Notes under the pieces: generated by a model
What the model saw: only the letters and a program-made list of their open reading frames with translations
Database searches by the model: none
Told to the model about the DNA's origin: nothing
DNA from: an uncultured Dehalococcoidales bacterium
Lineage (GTDB): Bacteria; Chloroflexota; Dehalococcoidia; GIF9; AB-539-J10
Assembly (NCBI GenBank): GCA_964509565.1
Contig: CAZDXE010000004.1
Location: forward strand, 1 to 58,021
Reading direction: 5' to 3'
DNA length: 58,021 bases
Shown here: one piece after another, positions 1 through 10,195 of the stretch
Layout: the number at the start of each line of letters is the position of its first letter
Numbering within the stretch: position 1 is the stretch's first letter
Translations under genes and position numbers: made by a program

Positions 1-350
1 CCGAAGAGTTCAATCCCAGGCTAACCGAGTGGCTTGTTGAGTATAACTTCAACCGTACTCATCAGTCTCTTGTCTATCTTACCCCTGTGGAGTATATTGA
101 AAGCCTTATAAACGCCAATGAGCAAGCGGCATTATTGCTGCCTATACTCATAGAGTTAGGAGCAAATAACGCAGAGGCAACCGTAATATGCCAAACGGGC
201 ATAGAAGAGAAGATCATATCAAAAATTCTTAATATGCCTGCTCAATCCAAGAACGGGAGAATTACGATATATAAACCACAATTAACTCTGTTAAGAAGAA
301 TGCTAAAAACAACCACTCAATATATATTTACCCAAAAAATCCTCCAGTAA
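1..350 (+). pseudogene. Integrase-core (IS481/IS3-like) transposase C-terminal remnant, reading into unrelated sequence
   Basis: Frame 3 from base 3 reads EEFNPRLTEWLVEYNFNRTHQSLVYLTPVEY, matching the rve C-terminal pattern YNxxRPHxSLxxxTP (P>T). It is in frame with ORF 87..350 and cut by the window edge. Confidence 0.6.
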
Positions 351-351
351 A

Positions 352-475
352 CTATACACATCAGCTAGCATGCCCACCTCTACCTGATTCAACACTACCA
401 ACCTTCTATGTTCCTTCTTATTCAGGGTAAATGCCACCATGAAGGAGATGATGACAAAATCGTAGAGCATTAGCA
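352..475 (-). mobile_element. Possible ISNCY/IS1202-like left end plus transposase N-terminal fragment
   Basis: The minus strand from 440 reads MVAFTLNKKEHRRLVVLNQVEVG, resembling ISNCY transposase N-termini. TGACAAAATCGTAGAGCATTAGCA (452-475) resembles their terminal repeats. Recalled similarity only. Confidence 0.35.
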
Positions 476-577
476 ATGTAAGGTTAGTATTTTGACAGTA
501 GCAATGGAGTAACATAGTATATGTGCTTGGTTAAATAAGCCAGCTAGTAAGCAATTATAAATAGAGAGGGAAAAGGC

Positions 578-3250
578 GTGGAAAAGATAAAGTTCTTTTT
601 TAATCCCAGCAGCGTAGCTCTCATAGGAAGTACGGAAAAGGAAAAGGCCGTAGGAAGAGTAATCCTAGAGAATCTACTGGAAGCGAAAGATAAATGCAGG
701 ATATATCCAGTGAACCCCAAAAGAGAAAAAATATTCGGAATGAAATGCTATCCTGATATCGCTTCCCTGCCTGAAATTCCTGATCTTGCCGTGATTGCAA
801 CGCCCGCTCGAACTGTCCCTGATATAGTTGAAGAGTGTGGCAAAGCTGGTATTAGGGCTATCGTCATTATTTCATCTGGTTTTAAGGAAATAGGAACAGA
901 GGGAAGGGCACGTGAGAATAGAATAATGGCTATAGCCAAGCAATATAATATTAGGATACTGGGGCCCAATTGCATGGGTACAATTAGACCCAGCGCTAAT
1001 TTAAATACCACATTCGCGAAGAAGATGCCAAAACCTGGATATGTGGCTTTCCTATCGCAAAGTGGAGCTTTAGGATCTGCTGTCCTTGATTGGGCAATTA
1101 GCAGAAATATAGGTTTCAGCGCCTTCGTTTCGTTGGGGTCCATGCTAGATGTGAATTTCGGAGATTTAATAGATTATTTTGGTGAAGACCCCGAGACCAG
1201 AAGTATAATCATCTATCTGGAATCTATAGCAAGTGCCAAGAAATTTATGAGCGCAGCTAGGGGGTTTGCTAGAACTAAGCCTATAATCGTAATAAAGCCG
1301 GGAAGGTTCCAGGAAAGCGCAGAGGCAGCCAAATCTCACACAGGAGCTATAGTAGGAGAGGATTTATATTATGATGCTGTTTTCCGTAGAGCCGGTGTTG
1401 TAAGGGTAGAAGAAATTGAAGACCTCTTCAACTGCGCCGCCATATTGAACACCGCCCAACTACCTAAAGGGCCAAATTTAGCCATAATAACTAATGCTGG
1501 TGGGCCAGGAGTCCTAGCCACGGATACTCTGATAGGCAAGGGCGGCAAATTAGCTCAGCTAAGCGAGAGGACCCTATCTACATTAAATGGATTCTTACCT
1601 GCTAACTGGAGTAAATCTAATCCCATTGATATCCTTGGAGATGCGAATACTCAAAAATATGTGAAGACTATCGAAGTTGCTGTTAAAGACCCCTCAGTTA
1701 ATGGCGCCATAGTTATATATACATTCCAAGCTGGAGCTAATCCCATTGAGTTAGCAAAGGCTATTATTAAGCATACTAAGAGACTTAATAAGCCTATTCT
1801 AGCTGTTTTGATAGGTGATGGGGAAATAAGCAGGGCAAGGCAGTTACTCTTCAAAAACAACATCCCCACCTATGAGTTCCCTGAACAGGCAATCAAAACA
1901 TACTTATATATGTATCAATATGCTCGTAACCTAGAAATGCTATATGAAACTCCCGAGGAATTACCTTTGGGCATGGGAGTCCCCAAAAATCATCTCAAAA
2001 CACTCACCCGTAAAGCATTAAGAGAAAAAAGAACACTTCTATCAGAGGAAGAGTCAAAGAAAATCCTGAGGACATATAGAATCCCTACCACAATTCCATA
2101 TATAGGTAAAGATGCAAACGATGCTGCTAGGATAGCATCGAGGATCGGATATCCAGTGGTAATAAAAATATCTTCTCCTGATATAGCCCATAAATCAGAT
2201 GTTGGTGGGGTAATATTGAATATCTCCTCAGACGATGAAGTTCAGAAAGCATTTGATAAAATAATGGCAAATGTTAGAGAACGCCAACCTGATGCAAGAA
2301 TCGAAGGAGTCAGTATACAAAAAATGATTGGAGGATATGATTATGAACTTATTGTTGGGAGCAAAAAGGACCCAGTTTTCGGCCCTGTAATAATGTTTGG
2401 CCACGGTGGAATAGAGGTAGAGCTCTTCAAGGATATCGCAGTTGGGTTGCCCCCTCTAAACCAGATATTAGCTAGAGGAATATTAGAACAGGCAAAGATC
2501 TATAAAGCACTATCACAAGGATTCAGGACTAAACCACCTGTCAACTTACAGTTGTTGGATGAGACCTTAGTAAGAATTTCGAACTTAATCATTGATTTCC
2601 CAGAAATAAAAGAAATTGACATCAATCCGTTAGCCGTAAGTAGTAACATGGTTACTGCTCTAGACGCAAGAGTGATTCTTGATGAGAAAATGATATCTCA
2701 GGAAATACCTGAGCACTCTCACCTAATAATATCCCCTTATCCAAGTAGGTATGTGCAACCTTGGATATGTACAGATGGGAGACCTGTGCTACTAAGACCT
2801 ATCAGACCCGAAGATGAATTACTTGAAAAAGGGCTCATAGAAAGCTTATCGGAGGAATCTATGAGATATAGGTTCTTCTACATAATCAGAGATCTGACAC
2901 ACGAGATGCTCACTAGATTTTGCAACATTGACTATGACAGGGAAATGGCAATTACAGCTGAATATACTTCCGATGGCAAAAAAAGAAATGTCGGGGTTGG
3001 AAGACTAATAATCACGCCTAGCGGGGAAACTGGAGAATTCGCCATCTTAGTTGCTGATGATTTTCAAAATAACGGTTTAGGGCTAAAACTCTCTGACATG
3101 TTGGTAGGGATAGCGGTACAGAAAGGGCTGAAGAGCATATATGGGGTCGTACTAAATAACAACATGAAAATGATAAACTTGGCTAAGAGGCTTGGTTTCA
3201 CTATAGAGAGGCTTTCACCTGAGGAAAGCAAAATAGCCATGGAACTTTAG
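578..3250 (+). CDS. Bifunctional acetate-CoA ligase (ADP-forming) family / GNAT acetyltransferase (Pat-like)
   Basis: CoA-binding FFNPSSVALIG and GPNCMG motifs, SQSGALG, SHTG, ATP-grasp HKSDVGGV, and a C-terminal GNAT domain (LRPIRPED...FQNNGLG). Confidence 0.9.
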   Translation: MEKIKFFFNPSSVALIGSTEKEKAVGRVILENLLEAKDKCRIYPVNPKREKIFGMKCYPDIASLPEIPDLAVIATPARTVPDIVEECGKAGIRAIVIISSGFKEIGTEGRARENRIMAIAKQYNIRILGPNCMGTIRPSANLNTTFAKKMPKPGYVAFLSQSGALGSAVLDWAISRNIGFSAFVSLGSMLDVNFGDLIDYFGEDPETRSIIIYLESIASAKKFMSAARGFARTKPIIVIKPGRFQESAEAAKSHTGAIVGEDLYYDAVFRRAGVVRVEEIEDLFNCAAILNTAQLPKGPNLAIITNAGGPGVLATDTLIGKGGKLAQLSERTLSTLNGFLPANWSKSNPIDILGDANTQKYVKTIEVAVKDPSVNGAIVIYTFQAGANPIELAKAIIKHTKRLNKPILAVLIGDGEISRARQLLFKNNIPTYEFPEQAIKTYLYMYQYARNLEMLYETPEELPLGMGVPKNHLKTLTRKALREKRTLLSEEESKKILRTYRIPTTIPYIGKDANDAARIASRIGYPVVIKISSPDIAHKSDVGGVILNISSDDEVQKAFDKIMANVRERQPDARIEGVSIQKMIGGYDYELIVGSKKDPVFGPVIMFGHGGIEVELFKDIAVGLPPLNQILARGILEQAKIYKALSQGFRTKPPVNLQLLDETLVRISNLIIDFPEIKEIDINPLAVSSNMVTALDARVILDEKMISQEIPEHSHLIISPYPSRYVQPWICTDGRPVLLRPIRPEDELLEKGLIESLSEESMRYRFFYIIRDLTHEMLTRFCNIDYDREMAITAEYTSDGKKRNVGVGRLIITPSGETGEFAILVADDFQNNGLGLKLSDMLVGIAVQKGLKSIYGVVLNNNMKMINLAKRLGFTIERLSPEESKIAMEL

Positions 3251-3410
3251 TAAAAAGTCATTACAACAAAGTGTAAATCATATCATCACCTTAGCACACC
3301 ATTGCGCATACCTCATGTTTCTAGGCCTTCCTCTTTTTCTAAATATCTTCTGGCTGATCAAACAAGAATTCAGACATTATTCCCCCTGAGCCACCATTAC
3401 TAAACCCTAA

Positions 3411-4391
3411 CTAAGCTGAGTGCTCCAGGACAGAAGCTACTGCACCCAGCACACCAGAATCATCTCCCAATATAGCAGGCTTTATTTCAACAGTATTAGC
3501 CAACGTGTCGAAGGCCCTTTCCCTGACTACTTTTATTGCTGGTTGGAATAATAGGTCACCCATCTTGGCCACGCCGCCACCTACTAGTATGAGCTCCGGG
3601 TTGAAAATATTGACCAAATTAACCAGGCCTATACCAAAGTAATATCCCAGGCGAGAGATAAGCTCTTTAGCCAATTCATCTCCCTGCTTAGCTGCCAGAA
3701 AAACAATCCTGGCATCAATTTTGCTTATGTCACCACCTGTAAGTTCAGCAATGGACGTTTCAGCACCTTCTGCGATTTGCTTCGCTGCTTCCCTGGCTAA
3801 AGCGGTGCCCGAGGCTAAAGCTTCCCAGCACCCAATGTTGCCACAACTGCAAAGTGGTCCATTGACATCAATAATCATGTGCCCAATTTCGCCAGCGGCG
3901 CCACAAGCCCCAGTATACAATTTGCCGTTGGCAATAATGCCACCACCAATTCCAGTGCTTATCGTGATATAAATCAGGTTTGCCACTTCTCTTTTTAGCC
4001 CAAAATGCCACTCCCCTAATGCAGCTATAGTAGCATCATTTCCCATGTACACAGGGGCACCAAACCGCTGTTGAACAATATCCCCCAAAGGGACTTCATG
4101 CCAGCCAGGAAGGTTAGGAGAGAAAATAACCTTGCCATTATTACCATCTATGATGCCAGCAACAGCAATGCCTATGCCTAAAAGCTGAGAGGGATTAATT
4201 TTAGCTGAAGCCATGATTTCCTCCATAGTGATGAGAACATTATTTATCACGGCATCAGGCCCAGACTGAGCTTGAGTAGGATTACGCCTTCGCACAACAA
4301 TCTCTCCACAAGTAGTGGCAATGGCAGTAGCAATTTTAGTGCCACCGATATCCACACCCATGATAAATTTTCGCTCCATGCTTTCTGGCAT
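3411..4391 (-). CDS. ROK family sugar kinase (glucokinase-like)
   Basis: GVDIGGTKI, ND motif, GEIGH and CxCGxxGCWE. Start moved to ATG 4391 (or 4379) because a promoter -10 abuts the upstream GTG. Confidence 0.9.
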   Translation of the reverse strand: MPESMERKFIMGVDIGGTKIATAIATTCGEIVVRRRNPTQAQSGPDAVINNVLITMEEIMASAKINPSQLLGIGIAVAGIIDGNNGKVIFSPNLPGWHEVPLGDIVQQRFGAPVYMGNDATIAALGEWHFGLKREVANLIYITISTGIGGGIIANGKLYTGACGAAGEIGHMIIDVNGPLCSCGNIGCWEALASGTALAREAAKQIAEGAETSIAELTGGDISKIDARIVFLAAKQGDELAKELISRLGYYFGIGLVNLVNIFNPELILVGGGVAKMGDLLFQPAIKVVRERAFDTLANTVEIKPAILGDDSGVLGAVASVLEHSA

Positions 4392-4403
4392 TTTTAATGT
4401 CAC

Positions 4404-4432
4404 ATACTAATGTTACTAAGCTAGCTTGTCAA
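4404..4432 (-). promoter_or_regulatory. sigma70-type promoter for ROK kinase
   Basis: TTGACA-17 nt-TAGTAT on the minus strand. Confidence 0.6.
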
Positions 4433-4465
4433 CAGGGGGCTCAAGTAGTTAGAATAGTATATACC

Positions 4466-5674
4466 ATGATTGGATTTGAACATTTAACGAAACTTTCCCG
4501 CACATCACCATCTAAAATAGTGCTTTTAGTAATTGATGGTTTGGGTGGGTTGCCTCGCCCAGAGACAGACAAAACAGAGCTAGAGTCAGCGGAGAAAACA
4601 AATCTAAACCAGATTGCTAAGGAGTCAATCTGTGGTCTCATCGATACTGTGAGTTCTGGAATTACACCAGGAAGTACACCTGGACACCTGGCAATTTTTG
4701 GTTATGATCCTATCAAATATGACATTGGACGAGGAATTGTTGAGGCTCTGGGAATAGATTTGGACTTAAAGCCAAACGACATCGCAGCCCGCGGCAATTT
4801 TTGCACCATTGATAATAAAGGAATCATTACTGATAGAAGAGCAGGGCGTATTACCACAGAGAAAAATGCCGAGTTATGTCAGTTATTGAATAAAAGAATT
4901 GCCATCGCAGGGGTAAGGATAGTAACCACAACAGTTAAGGAACATAGATTTGCACTGACCCTGCAAGGCAAAGGGTTATCGCCTGAGCTAACGAACTCTG
5001 ACCCCCAGCAAGCAGGTTTAGCTCCCCAAAAAATAGAGGCTCTCTCTTCACAAGCACAGCGAACGGCGCGAATAGTCAACGAATTTATTTCACAAGCACG
5101 CAACTACCTGAAGGGTGAATCCCCTGCCAATATGGTGCTTCTAAGAGGATTTTCCCAACACCCCGATATCCCCACTATGAGCAAGATTTATAAAATAAAA
5201 CCTGCTGCTATCGCCATATATCCTATGTACCGCGGCCTGGCAAGATTGATAGGAATGCAAATACTGCCGTCAGGCAGCAATATAACAACCCAGTTAGAAA
5301 ACTTGCATCGTTATTATGAAGATTATGATTTCTTCTTCATTCACTTCAAGGCAACAGATTCCAGAGGAGAGGATGGTAACTTTGAAGCCAAGGTTCAAGC
5401 TATTGAGGAAGTAGATAAAGCTCTTCCTAATTTGCTTGCTTTGAATCCAGATGTCCTCATTATCACTGGAGACCATTCCACTCCAGCAATCTTGGCCGGG
5501 CATAGCTGGCATCCAGTCCCTTTCATGCTGAGATCCAGATGGTGTTTCCCTGATAAGGTGAACGAGTTTTCAGAACGGGCTTGCCTTGAAGGCGGTTTAG
5601 GACGTTTTCCCGCCACAGAAATTATGTCTCTAGCAATGGCCAACGCCCTGAAATTAAATAAGTTTGGCGCATAG
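4466..5674 (+). CDS. apgM: 2,3-bisphosphoglycerate-independent phosphoglycerate mutase (ApgM type)
   Basis: VIDGLGG, PGSTPGH, ARGNF, DRRAGR and TGDHSTP...HSWHPVP. Likely start ATG 4466. Confidence 0.9.
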   Translation: MIGFEHLTKLSRTSPSKIVLLVIDGLGGLPRPETDKTELESAEKTNLNQIAKESICGLIDTVSSGITPGSTPGHLAIFGYDPIKYDIGRGIVEALGIDLDLKPNDIAARGNFCTIDNKGIITDRRAGRITTEKNAELCQLLNKRIAIAGVRIVTTTVKEHRFALTLQGKGLSPELTNSDPQQAGLAPQKIEALSSQAQRTARIVNEFISQARNYLKGESPANMVLLRGFSQHPDIPTMSKIYKIKPAAIAIYPMYRGLARLIGMQILPSGSNITTQLENLHRYYEDYDFFFIHFKATDSRGEDGNFEAKVQAIEEVDKALPNLLALNPDVLIITGDHSTPAILAGHSWHPVPFMLRSRWCFPDKVNEFSERACLEGGLGRFPATEIMSLAMANALKLNKFGA

Positions 5675-5700
5675 AGCAAACCACTATCTTCACCATCAGG

Positions 5701-7878
5701 TCAACCTGTCCCTGCCGAGTCTTCCTGTTCCAAGCTTTCCATAAGACGAGCGGCTCGTGGGTAACCAACATGAAGACGCCGTTGTAAAAAAGAGGTAGAT
5801 ATATGCTCATGCTCTTGTGCCAAACGTCTTGCCTCCTCCAAAAGAGGATCTGGAGCTGAAGCTATCTTCTGACTTAAAGTGACAGCCGCAGCTACATCAT
5901 CAAAATCAACATAGTTTGCCTCCATCATATGCTGGTTGCCCCAGAAATACACCAGTCTCTCAATTTCGGCATCAAAAATAAGGCATCCCTGAAGACGTTT
6001 TGGCTTACTAGCTTCACTAGGCATGTAAAGCATATCACCCCTCCCCAACAATTTTTCAGCGCCAACTGAATCCAGGATAGTACGTGAATCTACCTGAGAG
6101 GTGACTGCAAAGCTAACACGGGTAGGGAAATTAGCTTTAATGAGGCCAGTAACAACATCCACTGAAGGCCGTTGAGTAGCTACAATAAGATGAATACCAG
6201 TAGCTCGAGCTAACTGAGCTAATCGGCACAGGGTACGCTCTACTTCATCAAAGGCTGTCATCATCAAGTCAGCCAACTCATCAATGATCAGCACTAAGTA
6301 CGGTAGCTTATCACCGGGTGAGCGATCTTTATTGTAACTCTCGATATTACGAGCTCCCACCTGGGCAAATTGGCGATAACGATTATCCATTTCATAATTA
6401 AGCCACCGCAGTGCTTTTACAGCTTTATCGCTATCCACAACCACAGGGGCAGCCAGATGAGGTAACCCATTGAAAACCACCAGCTCTACCCTTTTCGGGT
6501 CAACCATAATGAGTCGGACATCTCCAGGAGTATTATGCAGAAGCAAACAACAGACAATAGAGTCAAGGCAGACAGTCTTGCCACTGCCAGTGGCTCCGGC
6601 AATAAGCAGGTGCGGCATCTTGGCTAAGTCCGCCGAAACTGCCTCGCCGCCAGCACCTTTGCCCAACGCAACAGCCAATTTTGACCTCGCTCTAATCTTC
6701 TGAAAGGCAGTAGACTCTACCACACTACGCAGGGAGACTGAGCCAAATGTTGTATTAGGAACCTCAATACCAACCATAGATTTACCTGGTACGGGGGCTT
6801 CAATCCTAATACTAGGAGCAGCCAAAGCCAAAGCCAAGTCATTAGCTAAAGAGGTAATCCGATCTACCCTGATCCTGGTCTTAGATACTTCTTCCAGCCG
6901 TTCTTGCCCTCCATCTATGACTTTTTTATATTTTCTACCCCAGCCAGGTTCAACCCCAAACTGTGTTACGGTAGGGCCTACATTTATTTGCACCACTTTA
7001 GCTTCCACACCATAACTACCCAAAGCTTCTTCGACCAGCCGGGCCCGTTTATTAGCAGCATCTTTGTTCATCTCCACTTCTCTTGGCTTATCCAGAATAT
7101 CAATAGGGGGAAGCTGCCACCCACTGGGAGTAAGAATTGGTTCACGCCGGTGTTGCCACGCCATCCCTTCACTATGTTCATGGATTCGCTCTTTAATAAC
7201 GGAAAGGGGAGATGCCACAGTTTCTCCAGTAATACCGGACCGTTCTTGAGAAGGAGCAGCCTCAGGTAAATGGGGTTGAGGAGAGAGATTCTTAGCAGGC
7301 GCACCCCTAAGGCGGGGTTGAGAAATCTTGGCAAATAAGCATCCCGTATTTCTAACAGCCCCCTTTACTGCCCCCAAAGATTTATGCGGTGCTACAAAAA
7401 TGACGCCTAAAAGGATAAGCCCAGTCAGCCGAAGACCACCCACAACATCCATAGTGCCAGCAACACCTATTATATTCTTTCTTATGCTCCACCCAATTCC
7501 GCCTCCCAACGTAGCCTGGCTTAGAACGCCTTTTTTAGATGCGAAAAAAGAAAGCCCTCCCCATACAATTAAAGCTAATATAGCCCCTCCCACAAACCAA
7601 TTCCACCGTCTTAGCGAGGCAGAGAAATACCCTCGCCACACCACCCAAATTATCACACCAAGAGCAGCGACTACTATAATCAAACCGAGGCCAAATAAAG
7701 TAAGGACATCTTTCCACGCCGCAAAGGTCAAGTAAGTCAGGTGCGGACCAAAATAGTACAGCAGCCCTATCACAACGATAGCCAAGATAACAAAAAGAAT
7801 AAATCGTCCCCCACCTGGTAAACCCTTCTTCCTCTCCCGCTTTGGTTTGAATACGGCCTTCCGTTTTGTCCGAGGCAT
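5701..7878 (-). CDS. ftsK: DNA translocase FtsK/SpoIIIE
   Basis: N-terminal TM helices, PHLLIAGATGSGKT, IIDELADLMM, ATQRPSVDV and gamma domain LQRRLHVGYPRAARL. Confidence 0.95.
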   Translation of the reverse strand: MPRTKRKAVFKPKRERKKGLPGGGRFILFVILAIVVIGLLYYFGPHLTYLTFAAWKDVLTLFGLGLIIVVAALGVIIWVVWRGYFSASLRRWNWFVGGAILALIVWGGLSFFASKKGVLSQATLGGGIGWSIRKNIIGVAGTMDVVGGLRLTGLILLGVIFVAPHKSLGAVKGAVRNTGCLFAKISQPRLRGAPAKNLSPQPHLPEAAPSQERSGITGETVASPLSVIKERIHEHSEGMAWQHRREPILTPSGWQLPPIDILDKPREVEMNKDAANKRARLVEEALGSYGVEAKVVQINVGPTVTQFGVEPGWGRKYKKVIDGGQERLEEVSKTRIRVDRITSLANDLALALAAPSIRIEAPVPGKSMVGIEVPNTTFGSVSLRSVVESTAFQKIRARSKLAVALGKGAGGEAVSADLAKMPHLLIAGATGSGKTVCLDSIVCCLLLHNTPGDVRLIMVDPKRVELVVFNGLPHLAAPVVVDSDKAVKALRWLNYEMDNRYRQFAQVGARNIESYNKDRSPGDKLPYLVLIIDELADLMMTAFDEVERTLCRLAQLARATGIHLIVATQRPSVDVVTGLIKANFPTRVSFAVTSQVDSRTILDSVGAEKLLGRGDMLYMPSEASKPKRLQGCLIFDAEIERLVYFWGNQHMMEANYVDFDDVAAAVTLSQKIASAPDPLLEEARRLAQEHEHISTSFLQRRLHVGYPRAARLMESLEQEDSAGTG

Positions 7879-7882
7879 AGAG

Positions 7883-9541
7883 CTATACCTCCACAATTAC
7901 AGGGACAATAATAGGCCTTCGATGAGTTTGTTCGTAAAGGAATTTGACCAGAGAGTCTCTTAGTTTGGCTTCAATATCGTCTCGCTCAAGTAAGTGCTTT
8001 CTTTCATGGTTCACAGCAGCCATCACTACCTCTTGGCTCCTCTCCATTAAAGCTCCACTCTCACGCACATCGGTAAAACCCCTCGTTGCAATCTTAGGCT
8101 CTCCTATCACTTTGTCTTTTTTGGTGTCAATTACCAAGGTGACTATTACAACACCATCTCGTGAAAGCAATTTGCGATCACGCAGCACCGCACTATCTAT
8201 CTCCCCGGTTACTGAGCCATTTACATATACATTACCTATAGGAACTTTCCCAATTACTTTCCCATTTTCCCGCCCCAGCTCAAGTATATCACCATCCTCA
8301 AGCACAAAAACATTATCGCCTGGCACGCCCAAACCCTGAGCTAATCTAGCATGCAAGCTCAAATGGCGATACTCGCCGTGAATAGGTATAAAGAATTTGG
8401 GTTTAACCAAACTAATCAAAAGCTTCAGCTCTTCCTGGCCGCCGTGTCCATGAACATGAACTTGCGCTAATTTCTGATAAATCACATTAGCGCCCCGTCG
8501 GAAGAGGTTATCTATAATTCTGCTAACTAACATCTCATTGCCGGGAATAGGGGTAGCTGAAATTACAACCGTGTCTCCAGGGACAATCTGGACTTGCCCA
8601 TGGCTCCCATTGGCCATACGCGATAAAGCAGAGGTAGGTTCACCCTGAGTCCCTGTAGCTAAAATAATCACTTTATTATGAGGTAACCCTTCAACTTCGC
8701 CAAAACAGCAACGGGTATCAGGGGGAATTGCAAGATAGTTCGTCTCCATTGCCAAGGGTACTATTTCCTCCATACTGCGGCCAGTAATAAATACACGGCG
8801 ACCATGCTTAGCAGCAACATCAAACACCTGCTGGATTCGAGAGACAAGAGAGGAAAATGTAGCTATAATTACCCTCCCTGGGGCCTCTCCCACAATATGA
8901 TCTAGAGATTCGCTAACTACTTTCTCAGAAGGGGTATATCCAGAAAGCTCAACATAAGTGGAGTCAGAAAGCAGAAGTAAAACCCCTCTTGTGCCCAACC
9001 AGCCCAAGTGGCTCAGGTCAGCTAGCTTACTGACCACAGGGGTATAATCAACCTTAAAGTCACCACTATGAACTACGACGCCAACAGGGGTATAAATGAT
9101 TAGCCCAACGGCATCTGGGATGCTATGGCAGACAGGGAAAAATTCTATAGCAAAATTACCCAGAGTAATCCTGCTGCCAGTGTGAACTAAATTTATCTTT
9201 GCCTTGTTTTGTGCCCGCCGCCGTTTAAGTTCAGCAGAAATTAACTTCGCGGTAAATTTAGTAGCATAAACAGGAAGGGTAAGCTGGGGTAAAATATAAG
9301 GCAAAGCACCAATATGGTCTTCATGCCCATGAGTAATAATAATGCCCCTTACATTTTGTTTTCTTTCTAAAAGATAGCTGATATCTGGAATAAGTAAATC
9401 CACCCCTAGCATTTCTTCACTAGGGAACATGAGTCCAGCATCAATGACAATAATGTCATCTGCATACTCCAAGGCAAGCATGTTCTTGCCAATCTCACCC
9501 AATCCACCCAGAGGAATTACCTTCAATTTTCGTGTCGACAT
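7883..9541 (-). CDS. rnj: Ribonuclease J
   Basis: PLGGLGEIGKN, THGHEDHIG, HSIPD, GTQGEP and PIHGEYRH. Confidence 0.95.
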   Translation of the reverse strand: MSTRKLKVIPLGGLGEIGKNMLALEYADDIIVIDAGLMFPSEEMLGVDLLIPDISYLLERKQNVRGIIITHGHEDHIGALPYILPQLTLPVYATKFTAKLISAELKRRRAQNKAKINLVHTGSRITLGNFAIEFFPVCHSIPDAVGLIIYTPVGVVVHSGDFKVDYTPVVSKLADLSHLGWLGTRGVLLLLSDSTYVELSGYTPSEKVVSESLDHIVGEAPGRVIIATFSSLVSRIQQVFDVAAKHGRRVFITGRSMEEIVPLAMETNYLAIPPDTRCCFGEVEGLPHNKVIILATGTQGEPTSALSRMANGSHGQVQIVPGDTVVISATPIPGNEMLVSRIIDNLFRRGANVIYQKLAQVHVHGHGGQEELKLLISLVKPKFFIPIHGEYRHLSLHARLAQGLGVPGDNVFVLEDGDILELGRENGKVIGKVPIGNVYVNGSVTGEIDSAVLRDRKLLSRDGVVIVTLVIDTKKDKVIGEPKIATRGFTDVRESGALMERSQEVVMAAVNHERKHLLERDDIEAKLRDSLVKFLYEQTHRRPIIVPVIVEV

Positions 9542-9550
9542 AATTTCACT

Positions 9551-10147
9551 TTAAAGCAAACTCAATTGCCGGGCTTCAGCAGGAGTTTCAGCTATTTTCC
9601 CTGCTTGAGCTAATATCCCCGGAATCTTAATCATATCAGCCTGAATAATTTGACGCAGTTTACCTTGATGGAGAGCAGCAGCAGGGTGATACATAGGATA
9701 GTAAACAACATCGCCTTTCCTTCGTGGTTTTCCATGAACCTTACTTATACTTTCACGAGGGAAATACCTCATTAAAGAATAGCGGCCTAAAGTAATAATC
9801 ATACTCGGCTGGATTAGTTCTATTTGGCGATCAATCCATCTGCGACAAGCCTGTATCTCATCTGGTAAAGGATCACGGTTTCCCGGCGGACGGCACTTAA
9901 TTACATTAGCGATGTAAACTTGCTCTCTTGATAAGCCAATCGATGACAACAACTGGTCCAAAAACGCCCCTGCCGGCCCCACAAAAGGACGACCTTGCTG
10001 ATCTTCATGCCAGCCCGGCGCTTCGCCGATAAAGAGCAACTCCGCATCTTCAGCGCCTTCGCCAGGCACCACTTTAATACGATGCTTAGCCAAACCACAA
10101 TCCCGGCAATTAGCTATCTCAGCATAAAGCTCAGTCAAGGCCGACAT
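9551..10147 (-). CDS. udg: Uracil-DNA glycosylase family 4 (4Fe-4S)
   Basis: CxxC, GEAPG, PFVG, KCRPPGNR and HPAA. Confidence 0.92.
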   Translation of the reverse strand: MSALTELYAEIANCRDCGLAKHRIKVVPGEGAEDAELLFIGEAPGWHEDQQGRPFVGPAGAFLDQLLSSIGLSREQVYIANVIKCRPPGNRDPLPDEIQACRRWIDRQIELIQPSMIITLGRYSLMRYFPRESISKVHGKPRRKGDVVYYPMYHPAAALHQGKLRQIIQADMIKIPGILAQAGKIAETPAEARQLSLL

Positions 10148-10195
10148 CTAATCTGATAATACCACGCCCAGCCTCGGTATTCAATTTGCATTATA

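Noticed and set aside
7261-7330. GCTAAGAATCTC (AKNL) and duplicated CTCAACCCC in the FtsK linker as a repeat remnant
   Set aside because: The match is too short and FtsK linkers are naturally variable.
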